From assembly GCF_000017165.1 (NCBI RefSeq), contig NC_009634.1, positions 1,200,552 through 1,224,551 on the forward strand: a stretch of 24,000 nucleotides of DNA. Direction: 5' to 3'. This DNA comes from Methanococcus vannielii SB. GTDB taxonomy: Archaea; AGJL01; Methanococci; Methanococcales; Methanococcaceae. This document shows positions 18,337 through 24,000 of this stretch, piece after piece (within the stretch, counting starts at the first letter, position 1; each line of letters starts with the position of its first letter). The position numbers were made by a program, and so were the translations under genes. The notes beneath the pieces were generated by a model. It saw only the letters and a program-made list of their open reading frames with translations, had not been told where the DNA came from and searched no databases.

Positions 18337-21300
18337 ATGCTCCATGTTTCAGCTTCAAAAAATATGACTGAATATTTTAAATCGATTTTAAATGATGTGA
18401 ATAACCTGTATTTTATTGCGGAAGAATGTAGGAAACTTGGATATGATGTAGTGGATAAAGTAGAGATTCCCTTGGCAAAAGACATGGCAGATCGGGTTGA
18501 AGGTATTGTGGGGCCTCCAAAAGTTTCTGAAAGAATACGGGAATTGGTAATGGAACTTGGAAAAGAACCTGCAGCACTTGAAATTGCAAAAGAAATTGTA
18601 GAAGGTAGATTTGGAGAATTTGGGAAAGAAGAAGGTGCTGAACAGGCAGTAAGGACAGCTTTAGCAGTAATTACCGAAGGAATTGTTGCAGCACCTCTTG
18701 AAGGTATAGCCCACGTTAAGATAAAAAAAAATCATGACGGTACGGAATATCTTGCAATATATTTTGCAGGACCCATAAGGAGTGCAGGGGGAACTGCACA
18801 AGCTTTAGCGGTTCTTGTTGGGGATTATGTTCGGAAAAATATGAACTTAGATAAATTTAAGCCAACAGACGATGAAGTTGAGCGTTATGGTGAAGAAATA
18901 GACCTTTACCAATCCGAAGTCACTACTTTTCAATACCAGCCAAAAATAGAAGAAATAAGAACTGCTGTAAGAAATATTTCTGTTGAAATCACAGGTGAGG
19001 CAACAGACGATGTTGAAGTTAGTGGACACAGGGATTTAGAACGGGTTGAAACAAACCAAATTCGTGGAGGAGCCCTTTTAGCACTGGTTGAAGGAGTACT
19101 TTTAAAAGCACCTAAAATCTTAAGACACGTTGATAAACTTGAAATTGAAGGCTGGAATTGGTTAAAAGAACTTAAAAATAAAAAAGAAGAAATTAATGAA
19201 GATATTAAAGATGAAAAAGAAGATTTTAACTACGAAGAAGAAGAGGACTTATCTCAATACGATGACTGTGAAATAGAGGAAGTTACGAAATTTATCGGGG
19301 AAGTTATTGCCGGAAGGCCAGTATTTGCACACCCTTCAAAAAAAGGCGGATTTAGATTGAGGTACGGTAGAAGCAGAAATACAGGATTTGCAACTGATGG
19401 GTTTCATCCTGCAATAATGTATTTAGTAGATGATTTTATGGCAGTTGGGACCCAGTTAAAGACTGAACGTCCTGGAAAGGCAACATGCGTTGTTCCTGTT
19501 GATAGTATCGACCCTCCGATAGTTAAATTAAATAATCATAGTGTTTTAAAAATTGATACTGTAGAAAAAGCTATCAAGTATAGAAAAGACGTGTTAGAAA
19601 TCTTATTTTTAGGAGATATTCTCGTAAACTATGGGGATTTTTTAGAAAATAACCACGTAATGCTTCCAAGTAGTTGGTGCGTTGAATGGTACGAAAAAAT
19701 ACTCAAAGTTAATAATATACCCTATTCAACAGAATTCATAAGTAATCCTAGCCCAAAAGAAGCGGTAAAGTTTGCAATAACGACAAAAACACCGCTTCAT
19801 CCAGTTTATACTTACCATTGGCATGATATCTCCAAAGAAAATATTTATTCGCTTAGAAATTGGATTTTAAGAGGTAATTTTAATAAAAATAGTGATAAAT
19901 GGGAGATTTCTTATGACCTAGAAAATCCTGAAGATATATCAAATAAGAGATTTTTAGAACTAATTGGGTGCTGTCACGAGGTAGTTGACGGTAAAATTTT
20001 TATTTTAGAATATTATCCATTACTCTATTCTTTAGGCTACGATTATGAAAATAGTTTTGATAGTGTAGAAAATCTTGAAGAAAAAGTTTCCAATGCCAAA
20101 AACAACATGCACCTAATAAACCTGCTTTCGCATTTTGAAATTCGAAGAAATACTTATATTTACGTGGGTGCAAGAATGGGTAGGCCAGAAAAAGCGGCTT
20201 CCCGTAAGATGAAACCGCCTGTAAATGGATTATTTCCAATTGGGAATGCAGGGGCACTCGTAAGGCTAATAAATAAGGCAGTTGAAGGGGGAAAAACTGA
20301 CGAAATTGAAATTTCAAATGTAATGTGCAGTTGTGGAAAAGTTAGCCTTTATAAAAAATGCCCGTTTTGTGGAAAATCTGTTATTCCAACAGGCCCAACA
20401 AGAATAAAACTTCCAATAAAAGATTATTGGTACAATGCACTTGAAAATTTAAAAATAAATAAGCCAGGGGATGTAAAATGTATTAAAGGAATGACCTCAA
20501 AAGATAAAATAATAGAGCCCTTAGAAAAAGCAATTTTACGAGCTGTAAATGATGTTTATGTATTTAAAGATGGTACTACCCGATTTGACTGTACGGATGT
20601 TCCTGTAACTCACTTTAAACCTTGCGAAATTAATGTTAGTGTAAATCGGTTAAAAGAACTTGGTTATTTAAGAGATATAAATGGCAACTCATTAGAAAAT
20701 GACAAACAGGTATTGGAATTAAAAGTACAGGATGTAATAGTTCCTGAGTCGTGTATGGATTATTTTTTAAACGTTTCAAAATTTATAGATGATTTACTTG
20801 AAAAATACTATAAAAAAAATAGGTATTATAACTCTTCAAATAAAGAAGACTTAGTTGGACACTTGATTATAGGAATGGCTCCTCACACTTCTGCAGGAAT
20901 GGTTGGAAGAATTGTAGGATACAGTAAAGCAAATGTAGGATATGCACATCCTTATTTTCACGCATCAAAACGTAGAAACTGTGATGGGGATGAAGATGCA
21001 TTTTTCCTGTTACTTGATGCATTCCTCAATTTTTCAAAAAAATTTTTACCTGATAAAAGAGGGGGGCAAATGGATGCTCCACTAGTACTTACAACGATAT
21101 TGGATCCAAAAGAAGTTGACGGTGAAGTTCACAACATGGATTCAATGTGGGAGTACCCTCTTGAATTTTATGAAAAATCCTTAGAAATGGTTACTCCAAA
21201 AGAAATTAAAAAATTGATGGAAACAGTAGAAGATAGACTAGGTAAAGATGAACAGTATGAAGGAATTGGCTATACTCATGAAACTTTAAAAATTGATGAA

Positions 21301-21732
21301 GGGCCACTCATATGTTCATATAAAACCTTAGGTTCAATGATGGATAAAACTTCGGCTCAACTTGCAGTTGCAAAAAAGATACGTGCAACTGATGAACGGG
21401 ATGTTGCAGAAAAAGTTATACAGTCCCACTTTGTACCTGATTTGATAGGTAATTTACGGGCATTTTCAAGACAGGGGGTAAGATGTAAATGTGGTGCAAA
21501 ATATCGAAGAATACCTCTAAAAGGAGTATGTAGGAAGTGCGGCAGTAGGTTAATTTTAACAGTTTCAAAAGGGGCAGTTGAAAAGTACATGAATGTTTCA
21601 CAAACCATGGCTGAAAAATACAATGTAAGTGACTATATAAAACAGAGATTAGAAATTATACGAAGTGGAATTGATAGCCTCTTTACAAATGATAAGAGAA
21701 AGCAGGTTAAAATTGAGGATTTTTTTAAATAA
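18337..21732 (+). CDS. polC: DNA polymerase II (PolD) large catalytic subunit DP2
   Basis: A 1131-aa protein with the catalytic [17 protein letters not shown] motif and [10 protein letters not shown]. The zinc modules are [16 protein letters not shown] and [20 protein letters not shown]. The N-terminus [16 protein letters not shown] is typical of DP2. A TATA-like GGTATATATG lies at ~18284, and a GTGAT ribosome-binding site lies before the ATG. There are no intein-like blocks. Confidence 0.95.
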   Translation: MLHVSASKNMTEYFKSILNDVNNLYFIAEECRKLGYDVVDKVEIPLAKDMADRVEGIVGPPKVSERIRELVMELGKEPAALEIAKEIVEGRFGEFGKEEGAEQAVRTALAVITEGIVAAPLEGIAHVKIKKNHDGTEYLAIYFAGPIRSAGGTAQALAVLVGDYVRKNMNLDKFKPTDDEVERYGEEIDLYQSEVTTFQYQPKIEEIRTAVRNISVEITGEATDDVEVSGHRDLERVETNQIRGGALLALVEGVLLKAPKILRHVDKLEIEGWNWLKELKNKKEEINEDIKDEKEDFNYEEEEDLSQYDDCEIEEVTKFIGEVIAGRPVFAHPSKKGGFRLRYGRSRNTGFATDGFHPAIMYLVDDFMAVGTQLKTERPGKATCVVPVDSIDPPIVKLNNHSVLKIDTVEKAIKYRKDVLEILFLGDILVNYGDFLENNHVMLPSSWCVEWYEKILKVNNIPYSTEFISNPSPKEAVKFAITTKTPLHPVYTYHWHDISKENIYSLRNWILRGNFNKNSDKWEISYDLENPEDISNKRFLELIGCCHEVVDGKIFILEYYPLLYSLGYDYENSFDSVENLEEKVSNAKNNMHLINLLSHFEIRRNTYIYVGARMGRPEKAASRKMKPPVNGLFPIGNAGALVRLINKAVEGGKTDEIEISNVMCSCGKVSLYKKCPFCGKSVIPTGPTRIKLPIKDYWYNALENLKINKPGDVKCIKGMTSKDKIIEPLEKAILRAVNDVYVFKDGTTRFDCTDVPVTHFKPCEINVSVNRLKELGYLRDINGNSLENDKQVLELKVQDVIVPESCMDYFLNVSKFIDDLLEKYYKKNRYYNSSNKEDLVGHLIIGMAPHTSAGMVGRIVGYSKANVGYAHPYFHASKRRNCDGDEDAFFLLLDAFLNFSKKFLPDKRGGQMDAPLVLTTILDPKEVDGEVHNMDSMWEYPLEFYEKSLEMVTPKEIKKLMETVEDRLGKDEQYEGIGYTHETLKIDEGPLICSYKTLGSMMDKTSAQLAVAKKIRATDERDVAEKVIQSHFVPDLIGNLRAFSRQGVRCKCGAKYRRIPLKGVCRKCGSRLILTVSKGAVEKYMNVSQTMAEKYNVSDYIKQRLEIIRSGIDSLFTNDKRKQVKIEDFFK

Positions 21733-21848
21733 ATTAAATTCTTTAAATTTAAAAAAAGGTGGGTTTATGATAGGTTAAATTTAAACAATAAAAACCTTTT
21801 TAAATAATTTTTATCTAATTTTTAAAATTTAAAAAAAGAATTAAGAAG

Positions 21849-22964
21849 TTACATGTAAAGATTTGTCGGTAACTCTGTTCTAATAATCTTTTTCAGCACT
21901 TCATCAAGATCTGCTTCTTCTATGGTATCTCTATCTTCAAGAATTGCTTTATGAAGGGCAGGCTTTAAAAATTTTTCTTTTATTGTTCTACCGTTCATAT
22001 TTTTGGTTTTTTCAACGTATTTTTTAAAATTTACGTTTAAAGATATGGGCATTTTTTCAGCATAAAGTTCCATTATCTTGAGTCTTTCACTGTCATCGGG
22101 CATTTTAAATTCTATTTCTTCTTCAAATCGGCTTCTAATTGCAGAATCTAGCATTTCAGGGTTGTTTGTTGCAGCAATAGTTACAATTCCTTCGTTACTT
22201 TTGATACCGTCAAGTTCCGTTAAAAGTGCATTTACGACTTCAGAAACATCTCCTCTTAATGATTGAAACTGTCTGCTTAATGCAATTGCATCGAGTTCGT
22301 CAATAAAAATTATACAAGGGGCATTTTCTAAAGCTTCTTCATATAAACTTTGAATCTGTTTTGAACCGTCGCCAACATGGTCTCCAATAAGCTCAGTAGC
22401 TTTTATTAAATACAGGGGAACATCAGTTTCAGTTGCAAGGGCTCTTGCAAGTAATGTCTTACCTGTTCCCGGGGGCCCATAGAATAAAATATTTTTTGGA
22501 GCCCATTCTCCGAAAATTTCCGGATTTTCAAGATATTTTATTATAATTTTACACTTTTTCTTTGCTTCAAATTGCCCTATAACTTCTTCAAAACTGGTCT
22601 CTCTAAATTTAGGGTTTTTTTGTTTATCTAAGCTATTTTCAAGTTTGAAGAGAGTATCTTTTGTTATGATGCCTCCTTCTTTAGGATATAGTGAAATTAC
22701 TTTAAATGCGTAATCGGGAATAATCGTACTGTCAAATAAGTAACTACCTTCTTTTACGCTCTCATTTTCCCACTGTTCTCTCGCATATGAATTGAAAAGC
22801 ATATGGTCTTCTACACTAACCTTTAAATTCTCGCCATTAACCCTTATTGGAAATCCAACTGGTTCTAAAATTACGTATTTTAAACACATAGCTTCTTCAG
22901 GAATAACTGGTGATTTTTGCTGATTTTTTTTGAGTTTCAGGCTACTGATATTAATGTTGCTCAT
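21849..22964 (-). CDS. Single-domain AAA+ ATPase with a Cdc48/VAT-N-like N-terminal domain (the group annotated as a 26S proteasome regulatory subunit homologue; AMA-like)
   Basis: The ATPase motifs are present (Walker A GPPGTGKT, Walker B CIIFIDELD). The second region of homology is TIAATNNPEMLDSAIRSRF. The N-terminal ~130 aa (..VKEGSYLF...FKVISLYPKEGGIITKDTLFKL) resembles substrate-binding N domains of Cdc48/VAT-type AAA proteins. Its 371-aa length matches what I recall for M. jannaschii MJ1494. Confidence 0.85.
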   Translation of the reverse strand: MSNINISSLKLKKNQQKSPVIPEEAMCLKYVILEPVGFPIRVNGENLKVSVEDHMLFNSYAREQWENESVKEGSYLFDSTIIPDYAFKVISLYPKEGGIITKDTLFKLENSLDKQKNPKFRETSFEEVIGQFEAKKKCKIIIKYLENPEIFGEWAPKNILFYGPPGTGKTLLARALATETDVPLYLIKATELIGDHVGDGSKQIQSLYEEALENAPCIIFIDELDAIALSRQFQSLRGDVSEVVNALLTELDGIKSNEGIVTIAATNNPEMLDSAIRSRFEEEIEFKMPDDSERLKIMELYAEKMPISLNVNFKKYVEKTKNMNGRTIKEKFLKPALHKAILEDRDTIEEADLDEVLKKIIRTELPTNLYM

Positions 22965-23148
22965 CAGTGCACCTCTTCTTAAATGTTAAAAAATTGTATA
23001 CTTAAAAAAAGTATATTCTTACTATGGTAGTTTGTTATATAAGGTTAAGTAACTATGCCGATTTAATATATAAAGCATATATATTATGATATAGTAGATT
23101 ATATAAAGAATTTTGACTAAATCGGCATTTTAGTGGAGGTAACTAAAA

Positions 23149-24000
23149 ATGGATCCTTCTTCATTAATTTGGATATTTTTTATATTTATGTTTTTTTACC
23201 CTCAGGTATTATTTAGATATAAGCTTCTACAAAGGTACAAATTTATAAAAAACTTTGAAACGTCCCGAAAAGCAAGGGCAATTGTTATGATACACAGGCA
23301 AGAACAGCTTGCACTATTTGGAATTCCATTTTACCGATTTATAAACATTGAAGACAGTGAAGAAATTTTGCGTGCAATTAGGATGACTCCTGGGGATATG
23401 CCGATAGATTTAATACTCCATACTCCCGGAGGCCTTGTTCTTGCAAGTGAGCAGATTGCAACTGCATTAAAAGAACATAAGGCAAAAACAACAGTTATTA
23501 TCCCCCATTATGCGATGAGCGGTGGAAGTTTAATTGCACTATCTGCTGATGAAATTATAATGGATAAAAATGCGGTAATGGGCCCAGTGGATCCTCAAGT
23601 TGGCCAGTATCCTGCAGCGTCAATTATAAGTGCAATAAATACAAAATATGTAGATGAACTCGATGATGAAACGTTAATTTTAGGAGATATTTCTAGAAAG
23701 GCAATAGATCAGGTAAAAGAGTTTGTTTACGACATATTAAAAGACAAACTTGGCGAAGAAAAAGCAAAAAATTTATCTGAAACTCTTTCAAGTGGAAAAT
23801 GGACTCATGATTATCCATTAACTATTAAAAAATTAAAGGAACTTGGTGTTGAAGTAACTACTGATGTTCCAAAAGAAGTTTATGAACTTTTTGACCTGTA
23901 CCGGCAACCTGTAAATCAAAGACCTTCTGTACAATATGTTCCCGTACCTTATAAGGGTGGATTTAAAGATGAAAAATCAAAAGGTAAACCTAAACGGTAA
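23149..24000 (+). CDS. Membrane-anchored ClpP/crotonase-fold serine peptidase (SDH 'serine dehydrogenase proteinase' family)
   Basis: The N-terminal hydrophobic segment is LIWIFFIFMFFYPQVLF. It is followed by ILHTPGGLVLASEQIA and PHYAMSGGSLIALSADEIIM, a ClpP-like nucleophile-serine context. A GGAGGT ribosome-binding site lies upstream. The stop codon is at 23998-24000, so the ORF is complete. Confidence 0.7.
   Translation: MDPSSLIWIFFIFMFFYPQVLFRYKLLQRYKFIKNFETSRKARAIVMIHRQEQLALFGIPFYRFINIEDSEEILRAIRMTPGDMPIDLILHTPGGLVLASEQIATALKEHKAKTTVIIPHYAMSGGSLIALSADEIIMDKNAVMGPVDPQVGQYPAASIISAINTKYVDELDDETLILGDISRKAIDQVKEFVYDILKDKLGEEKAKNLSETLSSGKWTHDYPLTIKKLKELGVEVTTDVPKEVYELFDLYRQPVNQRPSVQYVPVPYKGGFKDEKSKGKPKR

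Noticed and set aside
19165-19280. An acidic low-complexity insertion in DP2 ([36 protein letters not shown]), considered as an intein or inserted domain.
   Set aside because: It is far too short for an intein and lacks intein splice-junction motifs (Cys/Ser...His-Asn-Cys/Ser/Thr). It looks like a lineage-variable surface linker.
21757-21778. A strong ribosome-binding site (AAGGTGGG) followed by the mini-ORF ATG ATA GGT TAA, between the convergent polC and AAA+ genes.
   Set aside because: It is only 3 codons long. It is probably a fortuitous SD-like string in a terminator region. There is no downstream ORF it could couple to.

Overview
This is a very AT-rich archaeal chromosomal segment in which the stable-RNA genes stand out as GC-rich islands. 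Protein sequences, box A/box B-type promoters and GGTGA/AGGTGG ribosome-binding sites point to a Methanococcus-type methanogen (Methanococcales). Those sites are complementary to the 16S 3' end ...GATCACCTCCT seen at 14502-14512.

Content in order:
1. A riboflavin/FMN cluster, ribC (partial), ribB and ribK, on the minus strand.
2. An MTA-phosphorylase-family enzyme, a YrdC/Sua5-type t6A enzyme, thiC, dph2 and tRNA-Leu(UAA).
3. A feo locus arranged feoA / short nicotianamine-synthase-like protein / UPF0104 flippase-like membrane protein / feoB.
4. An 845-bp gene-free AT-rich gap.
5. A 594-aa long-form KamA-family radical-SAM aminomutase.
6. A complete rRNA operon (16S, tRNA-Ala, 23S, 5S) with bulge-helix-bulge processing helices, followed about 32 nt later by a structured RNA that reads as an RNase P RNA.
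7. The PolD large subunit (DP2).
8. A divergent pair: an AAA+ ATPase and a membrane-anchored ClpP-fold (SDH-family) serine peptidase.

I could not recognise any CRISPR array, transposase, integrase or defence genes. The window is mostly housekeeping.

The observations most worth following up are:
- the NAS-like plus flippase-like genes embedded in the feo locus, a possible metallophore module;
- the KamA homologue, which carries the Lys/Asn substitutions associated with glutamate (not lysine) 2,3-aminomutase plus an unexplained ~188-aa N-terminal extension;
- the AAA+/ClpP-fold peptidase pair with a structured shared promoter region;
- ribB, whose conserved N-terminus has no ATG/GTG/TTG start (probable ATT start);
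- the RNase P RNA placed directly behind the 5S rRNA.

All functional calls come from by-eye motif recognition. No database search was run.
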